64,000 nucleotides of DNA, from positions 5,088,001-5,152,000 of the forward strand of contig OZ244999.1 in NCBI GenBank assembly GCA_965223265.1. Direction: 5' to 3'. This DNA comes from Planctomycetota bacterium (lineage in GTDB: Bacteria > Planctomycetota > UBA8108 > SXIK01). The notes beneath the pieces were generated by a model. The model made no database searches. It was not told the DNA's origin and saw only the letters and a list, made by a program, of their open reading frames with translations. This document shows positions 42,953-53,014 of the stretch, piece after piece (position 1 is the stretch's first letter; each line of letters starts with the position of its first letter). Made by a program: the position numbers and the translations under genes.

Positions 42953-43402
42953 CTACATGGACGTCGCGTGCGGAGGAGCGCGCGGGGCGCGGAGGAGCGT
43001 CGCGGGGTCTTCGCCCGCGCTCCCAAGGGGCGGCAGAGTCCGACCGCGCCAAAGAGCCAGAGGCGGTCGCTGCTGGCCGGGCGTCGCGCGGTGCGCCGCG
43101 TGCACGAGACCGTCGCCCTCTCGGGTCGGACGGCGTTCGACCACATCGCGACTCGCCGCGTTGCAAGCGTCGGCCAGCGGCTGGCCGGGCGGGTTCTGGC
43201 TGCCGCCCCGCGGTGACGGCTCTTCCTCATGCGTTGCGTCGGGCGGCGCCGCGGCCGTCAGGCTCCCCCACCCACCGACAACACAGCTACCGAGGAAACC
43301 CAGCACCATCGGCAAGAGTGCCGCCACGCGACGACGTCGTCGCTCCGCGGCAGAGGTCGCGTCGAAATCAGCGCTGTGGTTTTTGGTGGTGGTGCAGCTC
43401 AT
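42953..43402 (-). CDS. Putative secDF upstream arrest peptide (secretion monitor) ending LLRAPRAPPHATSM
   Basis: 149 aa from ATG 43402; RRRRR plus hydrophobic signal-like segment, disordered linker, RAPP 5 codons before the stop; directly upstream of secDF. Confidence 0.65.
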   Translation of the reverse strand: MSCTTTKNHSADFDATSAAERRRRRVAALLPMVLGFLGSCVVGGWGSLTAAAPPDATHEEEPSPRGGSQNPPGQPLADACNAASRDVVERRPTREGDGLVHAAHRATPGQQRPPLALWRGRTLPPLGSAGEDPATLLRAPRAPPHATSM

Positions 43403-43480
43403 ATCTACTCGGGGCGCGAGGCGCGGCACCCGGTCAAGGGCGCCCCCTGCCCGCTCGGCCCGTCGCCGGTGCTCGCTGAA

Positions 43481-43510
43481 TGAATTCGTCTGAATTCGTC
43501 TGAATTCGTC
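43481..43510. repeat. 10-bp tandem repeat x3 (TGAATTCGTC)
   Basis: Three perfect copies between yajC and the RAPP ORF. Confidence 0.85.
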
Positions 43511-43532
43511 GCTTCGACAGCCGGTGGACTGG

Positions 43533-43955
43533 TCACTGCTGCGCTCGCTGCTCGATCTCACGCTGCGTGTGGTCGTCAGGAGCCTCGGCACCATCCGGCA
43601 TCACTTCGAGGATCGCAGCTTTGACGAAGCGGACCTTGACGTCCTTATCTTTGTCGATCTGCACGACAACGTCGTTGCCGTCGACGCGCTTGACCACGCC
43701 CCGCATGCCGCCCGTCGTGATGACTGAGTCACCCTTCTTGACCGCCGCGACCATCGCTTCGCGCGCCTTGCGTTTCTTTGATTCTGGTCGGAGGATCAGG
43801 AACCAAAAAACGACGCACATCAGTGCGATCGGAACGAACATGCCCCCCAGCGGTCCCACCGGCTGCTGCGCTCCGGTCTCCTCTGCGGCTTTGACGGCCG
43901 CTTCACCCGCGGCTCCTGTCTCCTGCGCCCAGAAAATCACCAACCGAGTCAACAT
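43533..43955 (-). CDS. yajC: Preprotein translocase subunit YajC
   Basis: FWFLILRPESKKRK and VKKGDSVITTGGMRG; tgt-yajC-secDF order. Confidence 0.93.
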   Translation of the reverse strand: MLTRLVIFWAQETGAAGEAAVKAAEETGAQQPVGPLGGMFVPIALMCVVFWFLILRPESKKRKAREAMVAAVKKGDSVITTGGMRGVVKRVDGNDVVVQIDKDKDVKVRFVKAAILEVMPDGAEAPDDHTQREIEQRAQQ

Positions 43956-44324
43956 GTTCTCGTTCTCGCATCAGCTGAATTGGATGGCACTTACGTGACG
44001 CTCCACAACATTCGGTGCCACGATTCCGATTCCTTCCACGAGGGTCACGGTCGCCGACGCGGAGAAAGCGAAGCGGCTATCTTACGAGCTTCGTTGTCGC
44101 ATTGGTAGGGTCTGTCTCGCGGGAAGCGCGCACCGCAGTCGCCAGCAAGACAAACGGCCGGCCGGTCAACGACCTTCCCGCGTCCTGCCACTCGCCCACC
44201 CGGCCTCGTCTCCGTGCGCAGCTTCACTCTGATGAGCTTGCGACTTGTCCGGTGCAGCAAAAGGAAAGTCGGCAAGAAGCACCCTCGGAAGCCATATTCT
44301 TGCCGCGTTGGGGCTCACTTCGCT

Positions 44325-44500
44325 CAACAGGTGAAAAAGTCATTCGGCTGAAAAACCGGCCTCTCCACGCCCAGATCAGCCGCGGCGAGCCTCGCCGTGT
44401 ATGAGAAGAGGGCTCGAAGATTACCTGCGTTTGCCGCGGCCGATCTGGACGCGAAGCGACCAGTTTTCAACTCGAAGCACCTTTTCAACGGGGCTGTCAA
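44325..44500. mobile_element. Palindromic MITE-like repeat, copy 3 (inverted, more diverged)
   Basis: Reverse complement of copies 1 and 2 with a shorter loop; its end overlaps the tgt TGA stop. Confidence 0.75.
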
Positions 44501-45651
44501 CTCTCGCCGCGCGAGCGCTCCTGTCGCCACAGGCGGCAGAAGTCGCCGAAGGTTCCGCCGCGGATCGCCGCGCGCATACGCTCGATGAGATCGTGGTAGT
44601 AGGTCAGGTTGTGGAGCGTCCCGAGGATCGGCGCCAACATCTCGCCGCGACCGTAGAGGTGTCGTAAATAAGCCCGTGTCACATGCTTACAGGTATAGCA
44701 GCGGCATCCAGGGAGAACAGGTGAGAAGTCGTCGGCAAATCGTTGATTGCGCAGATTGAGACTGCCGGTCGCACCAAAGAGGCTGGCGTTGCGGGCGTGT
44801 CGGGTCGGCATCACACAGTCGAACAGGTCGACGCCAAGGGCCACCATGTCGACGAGGTCGTCCGGCGTGCCGACTCCCATGAGGTAACGCGGACGTTCTC
44901 GCGGCAGCTGTGGTGCAGTCACGGCGACCACGCGACGCATCGCTTCTGGCGTCTCCCCGACGGAGACCCCGCCGATCGCGTAGCCGGCGAAGTCGAGACT
45001 CTTGAGCTCAGCGCTGGACTGCAGCCTCAGATCGTCGAAGCGCCCCCCCTGGACGATCCCGAAAAGCGCTTGCTCGGCTGGCCGCCGGTGCGCCGCCAAG
45101 CTGCGCTGCGCCCAGCGGCTGGTGCGCTCGACGGCGCGCTCGACCTCCCGCCGCGGCGCGTCGTAGGGCGGGCATTCGTCGAACGCCATAATGATGTCCG
45201 CACCGAGATCATTCTGGATCTCCACCGAACGCTCAGGAGTCAACCGCAGCAGCTCACCGTCGACGTGGGACCGAAACGTGACGCCGTCATCGTCAATTCG
45301 GTTGAGCGTCGACAGGCTATAGACCTGATATCCACCGCTGTCGGTGAGGATGGGGCGGTCCCAGCCCATAAAAGCGTGGAGGCCACCGGCGCGCCGAACC
45401 AAGTCGCTGCCGGGACGAAGTGCGAGGTGGTAGGTGTTCGCCAGAAGGATTTCGGTGCCGCACTCGCGCAGGTCGCGCGGCGTCATCCCTTTGACGCTCG
45501 CCTGGGTGCCGACCGGCATGAAAACTGGCGTTTCGACAGGCCCATGCGGCAATTCCAACCTGCCGCAGCGCGCACCGCAGGTGGAATCTTCCGCCTCGAG
45601 GCGGAACTCAAACCCACTCACGACTCTGCCCGAATCGTACGCCGCAGCCAC
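44497..45651 (-). CDS. tgt: tRNA-guanine transglycosylase
   Basis: TPVFMPVGTQ, NTYHL, TDSGGYQV, GIVQGG, DCVMPTR and CRCYTC. Confidence 0.97.
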   Translation of the reverse strand: MAAAYDSGRVVSGFEFRLEAEDSTCGARCGRLELPHGPVETPVFMPVGTQASVKGMTPRDLRECGTEILLANTYHLALRPGSDLVRRAGGLHAFMGWDRPILTDSGGYQVYSLSTLNRIDDDGVTFRSHVDGELLRLTPERSVEIQNDLGADIIMAFDECPPYDAPRREVERAVERTSRWAQRSLAAHRRPAEQALFGIVQGGRFDDLRLQSSAELKSLDFAGYAIGGVSVGETPEAMRRVVAVTAPQLPRERPRYLMGVGTPDDLVDMVALGVDLFDCVMPTRHARNASLFGATGSLNLRNQRFADDFSPVLPGCRCYTCKHVTRAYLRHLYGRGEMLAPILGTLHNLTYYHDLIERMRAAIRGGTFGDFCRLWRQERSRGES

Positions 45652-45673
45652 ACGGCCTTCTTCCGTGGCACGT

Positions 45674-46741
45674 TCAACCTAAGTGAAACTCCGCCTGGCG
45701 CATGCCGCCCCTCCGCGCGGCGACAAACTGCGGGTAGGACGCGACCCCCGCCTCACTGACGCGGCGACCACGAGGCGTGCGGACCAGCATGCCTTTTTGG
45801 ATGAGGTAGGGTTCGTAGACGTCCTCGATCGTCCGCTCCTCCTCACCGACCGAGACAGCGAGCGTCTTGAGTCCCACCGGCACGTCGTGGAGGCAAAGCA
45901 CTTCGAGGATGCGACGATCGATCCGGTCGAGCCCGTTGGCGTCAACGCCGAGTCGCTCGAGCCCGGCGGTGACGTCGTCGACGGTGATCTCCAGCGCCCC
46001 GTTACCGTCCCACTGCGAGCGGTGCTGCGCGACATCACGGATGCGACGCAAAAACCTGTTCGCGTAGCGTGGTGTGCCGCGACAGCGCTCCGACAACACC
46101 GCAGCGGCTTGGCGTTCGATCGTACAATTGAGTAGCCGTGCGGAGCGCAGAATGATTTCGACAAGCTCGGTCGGTGGGTAAAGCTCCAGCTTCTCACAAA
46201 TCCCGAAACGGCTACGAAACGGCTCGCTCAGCATTCCCTCGCGAGTCGTCGCTCCAATGAGCGTGAACGGCTCCACCGGAATGCGATACGACCGCGCATC
46301 GGGACCACGGTCAAGCACGATATCGACGCTGAAGTCCTCCATCGCCGAGTAGAGGTACTCTTCGGTCTCTCGAGACATTCGATGGATTTCATCGATGAAC
46401 AGAACGTCACCGCGGTGTAGACCTGTCAGCAACCCAAGAATGTCCTTCCCTTTCTCGAGCACCGGCCCCGAGGTTGAATGGAGCTCGGTGCCGACCGCCT
46501 CGCGAACGAGGCCGGCGAGTGTCGTTTTGCCGAGCCCCGGCATGCCGGAGAGCAGCACGTGGTCGAGCACTTCGCGGCGCGCCATGGAAGCGCTAATCGC
46601 GATTCCGAGATTCTCGACGACGCGACGCTGGCCGATGAACTCCTGGAATCGCTGAGGTCGCAGACTCTTCTCGGCGCGCACCTCCTCGTCCGTCGCGGGA
46701 GCGGGCTCGAAAGAATGCTCCCCGTCCGTTCTCTCTGTCAT
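45674..46741 (-). CDS. ruvB: Holliday junction branch migration helicase RuvB
   Basis: SLRPQ, GMPGLGKTT, FIDEIHR, GATTR, RGTPR and EPYLIQ.G...RTPRGR; SD GGAGG before ATG 46741. Confidence 0.97.
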   Translation of the reverse strand: MTERTDGEHSFEPAPATDEEVRAEKSLRPQRFQEFIGQRRVVENLGIAISASMARREVLDHVLLSGMPGLGKTTLAGLVREAVGTELHSTSGPVLEKGKDILGLLTGLHRGDVLFIDEIHRMSRETEEYLYSAMEDFSVDIVLDRGPDARSYRIPVEPFTLIGATTREGMLSEPFRSRFGICEKLELYPPTELVEIILRSARLLNCTIERQAAAVLSERCRGTPRYANRFLRRIRDVAQHRSQWDGNGALEITVDDVTAGLERLGVDANGLDRIDRRILEVLCLHDVPVGLKTLAVSVGEEERTIEDVYEPYLIQKGMLVRTPRGRRVSEAGVASYPQFVAARRGGMRQAEFHLG

Positions 46742-46894
46742 CCGCTCTCCTCCGTGCAGGCTTGGGACGGCGCAAACAGCGCGCACAGCCTGTCTCCTGG
46801 TTCTCTGACTTCTACTTCTTTTGTGTTGGGGCGAAGTCGAACCGACGGTCTCGACACGACCCGCTCTGATTCGAAAAGTTGCTGCTGCACGAAC

Positions 46895-47083
46895 TCAGGA
46901 AGGCGTGCGTCGCAGAAGAACGTTGCCGATCAAGAAACTCGCCGCACCAACGCCGAGAATCATCAGCTCGCCGAACATGAGCGTGGACTCATCGGCGCGG
47001 CCCTCGTTGGCGAAGTAATAGATGAGAGCCATCGGCACCACGATGAGGCCGAAAAGTTGCAGCGCGCGACCAAGCATTTCCAT
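46895..47083 (-). CDS. Small two-TM membrane protein
   Basis: MEMLGRALQLFGLIVVPMAL...ELMILGVGAASFLIG. Confidence 0.6.
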   Translation of the reverse strand: MEMLGRALQLFGLIVVPMALIYYFANEGRADESTLMFGELMILGVGAASFLIGNVLLRRTPS

Positions 47084-47292
47084 GCGCTTACGATACTGCG
47101 TGCGACGGTGGATGAGAAGCGCTTTCGAGTTGAGACCGCGCGGAACCGCCAGTCGACCAAAGGCGTGCAACTCGCCGGCAATCGCCGCCGTCACCAGCGC
47201 CGACGACAACATCAGAAAACATTTGAAACGCCAGACCGAACGACGACAGCAGACCCGAAGGGCCTCGTGCGCACGCGTCAGCGCGCGCGTTC

Positions 47293-47778
47293 TCACTCGA
47301 GCATTTTTCTCAATTCAACGAAACTCTCGACATCCTGGCCGAAGAGCAGCGCCGTCGCACCCCATTCCCGAACGGGGAAAACGTTCTCAGGCCAATCGTC
47401 AAGGAAGAAGACCTCGTCGGGCTGTAGAGTGACCTTGTCGCGCTTGGCGATCTCTTTGATGATGCGGCGGATGGAGTCTTCCTTCGCACGCCAGCAGAGC
47501 TGCGGAAAATCGAGGTATTTGGCCAGATCGAGCGCCTCGAGAAGCTCCATCGTCGGTTTCGCGTCATTGCGACTGGCAAGCGAGATATAGCACTTCTCGC
47601 TCTTCAAGAACTCGAAGAGGTTGCGGACACCGGGATTGACCTCGATCCAGAACCCCTCCTCACTCTCGATGCGGTCTGGGTGAGGAAGCGTGAAGGGCGG
47701 ACGGACCAGGGTGCAGAGCCCCTCGGAAACCGACCAAATCGTCTCGTCGAGATCGAAAACGAACAGCTTGTACTTCAT
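47293..47778 (-). CDS. Magnesium-dependent phosphatase-1 family (HAD IIIC)
   Basis: FVFDLDETIW (DxD), LASRN, K and FFLDD motifs. Confidence 0.85.
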   Translation of the reverse strand: MKYKLFVFDLDETIWSVSEGLCTLVRPPFTLPHPDRIESEEGFWIEVNPGVRNLFEFLKSEKCYISLASRNDAKPTMELLEALDLAKYLDFPQLCWRAKEDSIRRIIKEIAKRDKVTLQPDEVFFLDDWPENVFPVREWGATALLFGQDVESFVELRKMLE

Positions 47779-48088
47779 AGTTGCGTCGACGAGGAAGGGT
47801 GAAGGACCGATCCAGGCGCCCGAGCGAAACACATGAGAAACCGGCGGCGTCGCTCAGACGGAATGCGAGCTGCGGATTGTACAGCGTTTTCGCGCGGATA
47901 CAACCGTGGCTGTGGGTCAGGATGCGTCCTGGTGGACCCGACTCGAGGTCGGAAAGCCCCTGCGCGCGCGGCGTTGTGGTCTTGGTGCCGCAGACGGTGA
48001 CCGGTGCCGGCTCGAGGGGGGAAAACCGGCCGTGTGGCCGTCAGCTTCGCTGGAAGAGGTGCCCTGGCACAGGGCACGTGGTCCCGGA

Positions 48089-48682
48089 CTATGGCGTCTC
48101 CTGTTGGGGGGAAACCGTGGCCGAGTTGTGGGCGTGGTCGGCAATCCTTGAGGTGGCGCCGTCGGCGGCGTCTCGCAGGTAGAGCCGAATGTTGCCAGAC
48201 GCATGTCGAACGAATCGAGCTTCGACTGCGGAGAGCGCCTCAAGCTCGTCGGCGAGGTCACGAAACTCCTCACGCAAGTCGAGAAGCTCGTCGCGGGCCT
48301 CAGGCGAGCAGTAGCCGACGAGCTCGGCGATCCGCGTCGGGTGTCCGATGCGGGCAGTGATGTGCTCCCCCAAGGCAAGGAGCAGCATGCGGCGTTCGCG
48401 CTCGAACGTGACGCAATCGCCGAGGACCTCCTTCTCCTGGCGTAGCAGCCGGGAAGTCTCGAATTCAGCAGATTCCGTCTCCACGAGTTTCTTGGCGTGG
48501 AGCAGCTGCAGAAGCTTGTGATTGTGGCGCAGCTCCTGATGCAGGACACCGATCAGATCGGCCACCAGGTCGGCGAAAGCGGCGTCGTTTTCGGAACGAG
48601 TAGCGAACAGGTTGCTCGTGTTCATGACCGTCACGTTGTCTTGACCAGCCGAAAAGGTTTCAGTTGATGGTGTTTTCGGCAT
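48089..48682 (-). CDS. FlgN-like flagellar export chaperone
   Basis: Helical pattern LIGVLHQE...LLQLL..K, ERERRMLL and ELLDLREEFRDLADEL typical of FlgN; start 48682 or 48625. Confidence 0.55.
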   Translation of the reverse strand: MPKTPSTETFSAGQDNVTVMNTSNLFATRSENDAAFADLVADLIGVLHQELRHNHKLLQLLHAKKLVETESAEFETSRLLRQEKEVLGDCVTFERERRMLLLALGEHITARIGHPTRIAELVGYCSPEARDELLDLREEFRDLADELEALSAVEARFVRHASGNIRLYLRDAADGATSRIADHAHNSATVSPQQETP

Positions 48683-48826
48683 TTGGCCCCCTTTTCCGCA
48701 TCGATTTTTTTGACAGGTGTTGGCCTCGAACTTGGTGCGGTGAGATTCGCCACGAAATGCGGCGGCGAATCTCAACCGAACGGCGCGGCGGCGATGCGCC
48801 CCAGGAAGGCAACGACGAGGCGGCGC

Positions 48827-48856
48827 TTGCGCGGCTGCTGGACCGCACTCTATAAT
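48827..48856 (+). promoter_or_regulatory. Putative sigma70 promoter of tRNA-Arg
   Basis: TTGCGC-N18-TATAAT about 100 nt upstream of the tRNA. Confidence 0.5.
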
Positions 48857-48958
48857 CTCGGCCGCACCCGTGAGCCAATGGGCCTCGGCGCGCGCCCTGG
48901 CGCCATACGCATCACTTGGTTCCCGGAAGCGATACCTCACCGGCGGTGAGGTCATTCT

Positions 48959-49035
48959 GCGCCCGTAGCTCAATTGGATAGAGTAGTGGTCTTCGAAACC
49001 ATTGGTTGCACGTTCGAGTCGTGCCGGGCGCGCCA
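48959..49035 (+). tRNA. tRNA-Arg (anticodon UCG)
   Basis: GCGCCCG/CGGGCGC acceptor stem, anticodon arm GTGGT-CTTCGAA-ACCAT, GTTCGAGTC T-loop, encoded CCA. Confidence 0.95.
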
Positions 49036-49054
49036 TTCTATCCGCCGCGAGGCG

Positions 49055-49086
49055 AAGGACTTGCAGCTTCCTGCAAGTCCTTTTTT
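49055..49086 (+). terminator. Intrinsic terminator after tRNA-Arg
   Basis: AAGGACTTGCAG-cttc-CTGCAAGTCC then T6. Confidence 0.85.
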
Positions 49087-49127
49087 CGTATCGCGGGAGC
49101 CGCGGGGCAAGTCCGCAGCGCTTTGCC

Positions 49128-50393
49128 TCAGACGAGCGGCAACTCGTAGCCCGCGCGCACCGGCCGTGAGATCAGTGCGTCGGCCTCGGCGTCGTCGACA
49201 AAGCGTTCGCTGTCAGGATTCCAGCGCAGTCGACGGCCGAGCTCCCGCGTGATGTTCGCGAGGTGACAGACGCTCACGGAGCGGTGGCCGATTTCAACGT
49301 CGGCGACCGGGAGCTCGCGCGTGCGGATACACTCGAGCCAGTCGCCGATGTGGTACTTGGCCTGCCAGCCAGGCCCCTCCCACATCTCGGCGAACTGCTT
49401 GGCGGGAGGCTCGCGCACGAGATCCTCGGGGGTGGCGCGGAAGCGGTTGCGGTCGATCTCGATCTGCCCTTTCTCGCCGATGAAGACAGCGCCCCCCTTC
49501 GGCCCCTTTTCAAGCTCGAGCTTGTAAAGAAGCCCGTCAGCATATCGGAACGTCACGGGCGCGTTGGGCCCGGGGGCCTCGGTCCACATCTCGACCGGTC
49601 CGGTAGCGTCGGCATCCAGCGCCCACTGCACTTGGTCGACACCATGCGCGCCCCAGTTCGTCATATCCCCGCCGGAATAGTCGCGACACCCCATCCAGCC
49701 CTTCTGCAGCCGTTCGTTGTAAGGCTTCAGCTCGGTCTGGGCGCACCAAAGATCCCAGTCGAGCTGGCGCGGAGTGGGCTGGCCCGGGAGGTTCGGGCAG
49801 GTTCTGGGGCTCGTGTACTTGTGCCCTTTGACCTCCTTAAGCTTGCCGAGGCCGCCGGAGCGGACGAAGTCGCAGGCGAAGCGGTTCATCTCCATGGAGC
49901 GCTGCTGCGTTCCGGTCTGGAAGACGCGGCCGTACTTTCGCACCGCACGCACGAGCACACGACCTTCGGAGATGGTGAGCGTCAGCGGCTTTTCGGCGTA
50001 GATATCTTTCCCGGCCTGGCAGGCGTGCACGCACGGGAGAACACGGCCATGGTCGGTGGTCGGGACGATGACGGCGTCGATGTCCTTACGCTCGAGAAGC
50101 CGGCGGTAATCTTGGTAGGTGTCCCACGTGCGCTTGAACTCATCGCGGGCGCGGGCGCAGCGGCTCAGATCGACGTCGCAGATGGCGACGATTTCGCCTT
50201 CTTTGGGTGTCTGCTTCATGAGCAGGCGGGCGCGGTGGCCCGAGCCGATGAAGCCGATGCGAATGCGCTCGTTCGCCGACGGGACTCCACCGAGCGCAAC
50301 GTGCGGAGCGGCGACAAAGGCTGCACCAGCGGCCGAGGCGGCGGCGCTCTGGCGGAGGAATTGACGACGGGAGATGTTCTTGCGCTGTGGCAT
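49128..50393 (-). CDS. Tat-exported Gfo/Idh/MocA oxidoreductase
   Basis: SRRQFL Tat motif, IGFIGSG, EKPLTL, QTGTQQRS and WGAHGVD; start ATG 50393. Confidence 0.92.
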   Translation of the reverse strand: MPQRKNISRRQFLRQSAAASAAGAAFVAAPHVALGGVPSANERIRIGFIGSGHRARLLMKQTPKEGEIVAICDVDLSRCARARDEFKRTWDTYQDYRRLLERKDIDAVIVPTTDHGRVLPCVHACQAGKDIYAEKPLTLTISEGRVLVRAVRKYGRVFQTGTQQRSMEMNRFACDFVRSGGLGKLKEVKGHKYTSPRTCPNLPGQPTPRQLDWDLWCAQTELKPYNERLQKGWMGCRDYSGGDMTNWGAHGVDQVQWALDADATGPVEMWTEAPGPNAPVTFRYADGLLYKLELEKGPKGGAVFIGEKGQIEIDRNRFRATPEDLVREPPAKQFAEMWEGPGWQAKYHIGDWLECIRTRELPVADVEIGHRSVSVCHLANITRELGRRLRWNPDSERFVDDAEADALISRPVRAGYELPLV

Positions 50394-50776
50394 GTGCGGG
50401 CTCCGTGGTTTCGAGCGAACTATGACGCGGTGAAACGCAGTCGAGGCGAACGAAGCGGACGACTCGGCAAGAAGGGATTTGCCGCCGACGCGGGACGAAG
50501 CAGCTGCGGCAACGAGGAGTGAGCCACGCGTCGATCGTCGCCGGGAACACATTGTCCTCGCGGAAGCGCTCGAATTCCAGTGCACGGCGGCGCGCGACTG
50601 AGCTCTGACGCACTCCGCAGCGTTGATCCAGGCCCACCCAGGTTTTCTTTTGACAGCCACGGGGTGGATCCCGAAAATCGGCGCTCGCTCAACGATCGCT
50701 GCCCTGGACGCCCGGCGGCAACGATCGACAGAACGCCGCGACGTCACCGTGAGTCACCGCGATCGAAACACAATGC

Positions 50777-50852
50777 GCGCCCTTAGCTCAGTCGGCAGAG
50801 CAGCTGACTCTTAATCAGCGGGTCCGGGGTTCGAATCCCTGAGGGCGCACCA
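50777..50852 (+). tRNA. tRNA-Lys (anticodon CUU)
   Basis: GCGCCCT/AGGGCGC acceptor stem, GCTGA-CTCTTAA-TCAGC anticodon arm, GTTCGAATC, CCA. Confidence 0.96.
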
Positions 50853-50857
50853 AGTTG

Positions 50858-50896
50858 AAGCTCCGCCGCAGCCGAGAGTTGCGGTGGGGCTTTTTT
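50858..50896 (+). terminator. Intrinsic terminator after tRNA-Lys
   Basis: AAGCTCCGCCGCAGC...GTTGCGGTGGGGC then T6. Confidence 0.8.
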
Positions 50897-51244
50897 GTTC
50901 GAAGATCTGGTGACCTGTGGTCAGTCGGGCGCGTATCGGGCACTACGATCCCAGCACAACAGGAAACGGACGCTGCTTGGTATGGTCGCGAGGGGGATGA
51001 GAAGAGTGATCTTGCCCCGGACTGCACGCCCACCTTCCGCGGGATTCCGGATCGCTTGCCCCCACCCCCCGTCCCTGATAGCGGCGAAGTTGCGGCGACA
51101 GCAAGTCGCCACGATGAACCACGGCGGGAGCGGCACAGTGAATACCGCCCCTCGTCGGGTTTATCTAACAGGTGCCGTATGGGCAGAACGGCTCGGAACA
51201 CCCTCCGGAGGACACGTGACATGACTCCCCATGCATGAACAAAT

Positions 51245-52253
51245 TCATTCACATGGTGAGAAACTCTCGCACTCAAACCGATCCACAACGACATCAGGAC
51301 CGCAATCTGGGAACGGAGTCGATATTATCGTGCCGTCGACAAAGAGGGCGTTAAGGAGAAACACCACATCCGCCAACTCAACACCATCGTCATCGTTTAT
51401 GTCTCTCGCCTCATCACAACTGGCAGACTCTCCACCGCGAAAAAGGGCATTGAGCAAAAAGATGGCATCACTCAGATTTACAGCGCCATCGGTGTTCGAG
51501 TCGCCTCTCACAAATGGCTGCCCCGGCCCCTCCCTAACGATCACCTCCATTGCAAACCCGTCGTCCAACGCTCCCGCTCTACCGGCGATCACATAAGACC
51601 CCTCACTGCTGTCGACTATGTCGAATCCCGCTCGTCCCACAACGGTGGCCTTTCCTCGGAATACGCCCTGTGGATTCGTCAGTATCAAACACGTATTCAT
51701 TGAGGTATCGTTCGATTGTCCCATCACTAAGAAACCCGACGTCAACTCTTGGACCGAGTATCCGATTTCACGTCCGCTTCCCGCCAACCTCTTCTCCCAC
51801 ATCAACCCCCCGACCTTGTCCAACCGCACAAGATAAACAGAGGAAATTCCTCTTCGATTACTATAACCAACCACAACAAAACCTCCGTCCCGAGCAGATT
51901 GAATATCTAACCCACCGTTGGACCCCATCCCGCCGAAAGTCCTCTGCCAAGAAACGTTTCCTTCGGAATCAGACTCAAAAACATAGACATCCGTCTGCTC
52001 CGCCCCAAACGAGGCACTCTTGCCAACCACAACGTGGCTTTGGCCGTCTTCCGTGACCGCCACATCATAACCGTAGTCATTCCTTTCACCTCCGACCTTT
52101 CTCTGCCACAAAGGCTCTCCTGCCGCGTTAGTTCTAATAAGCAAGACGTCGAAACCATTAATTGTTTCAACCCTCGTACTACCCGCTAAAACAAACCCGC
52201 CATCTGGCCGCTCCTCCACTACATAAGCCACGTTCTCCGCTTGCTCACCAAAC
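51245..52253 (-). pseudogene. 3' part of a secreted beta-propeller plus dockerin-like protein interrupted by the transposon
   Basis: W.r.fGG repeats and FVRGDSNTDGAVNLSDAIFLLNALF...C..A.DINDD module; joins in frame with 56319-56770 once the element is removed. Confidence 0.85.
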
Positions 52254-52387
52254 TGCTAAGTCCCACAGTATCTGGCGCGGAAATCCCAGATTAAATGGCA
52301 TGGTGCTGATTCGCGGGTGCGAGATGCGATTTGCGAGGCGAGAAGGCGCGGGTCGTCGTGTCCCGGACGGCACGACGACCCGGGGAA

Positions 52388-52705
52388 TCACGAAGGGCGA
52401 GGCGTGGCGCGAGCGTCACCGCGACGATCGCGGAGCTCGGCGAGGAACTCGACGGCGTCGACGAAATTCAGCCGCTTGACGATCATGACCAGGTCGATCG
52501 GGTTGAAGTTCGTCTCGCAGCGAAAGCAACGCGCGAGGTTGGTGGACGCCTTCGTCGCGGTGTTGAATTCGCGACACCGCGGACAGAGGAAGCGCACGTA
52601 GCCCTCGGAGATTTTCGCGGGGACGCCGAGCAGATCGAGGAGCCACGCGATCGGTATATCGTTTCTCAACGACCGCAGGAGCTTGCCGGAGAATCGTCCT
52701 GTCAT
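52388..52705 (-). CDS. Stand-alone primase-type (CHC2-like, C4) zinc-finger protein
   Basis: FLCPRC...ARCFRC..NFNPIDLVM....NFVDAVEFLA resembles the DnaG Zn-binding domain; ATGA coupled to the upstream ORF. Confidence 0.8.
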   Translation of the reverse strand: MTGRFSGKLLRSLRNDIPIAWLLDLLGVPAKISEGYVRFLCPRCREFNTATKASTNLARCFRCETNFNPIDLVMIVKRLNFVDAVEFLAELRDRRGDARATPRPS

Positions 52706-52995
52706 GCGACGCCACCTCCACCGCTCGGCGCCTTCAAATATCGGATTCGTTGCAGGCTCTCGAGATACTCTTCGAGGACGATCTGGAGCGCTCGCAGCTG
52801 AGCGCCCAAGGCGGCGAGATAGGCGTCTTGCTCGGTGTAGGAGGAGCGTTGCGTGTAGTCGAAGTCGAGATCGGGGTACGCGGCGTTCAGAGCGAACAGG
52901 GCGATCTCGAGGTTCGTCGCGAGGGTCATCAAAACGGCGAGCTCAGGATACTCGGCGAAGTCGTTGACTCGAGGCATCAGGGTCTTGTGGAACAT
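52702..52995 (-). CDS. Small helical hypothetical protein of the transposon
   Basis: 97 aa, GGAG SD, translationally coupled to the downstream Zn-finger gene. Confidence 0.7.
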   Translation of the reverse strand: MFHKTLMPRVNDFAEYPELAVLMTLATNLEIALFALNAAYPDLDFDYTQRSSYTEQDAYLAALGAQLRALQIVLEEYLESLQRIRYLKAPSGGGGVA

Positions 52996-53014
52996 GGCGC
53001 GTCAGTCTCCGTTC

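Noticed and set aside
48683-49036. N-terminal extension of the 315-aa ORF 48089-49036
   Set aside because: It overlaps tRNA-Arg and its promoter on the opposite strand; the true start is downstream
50777-51244. Integrative element attached at tRNA-Lys
   Set aside because: No tyrosine or serine integrase and no duplicate of the tRNA 3' end seen within the window
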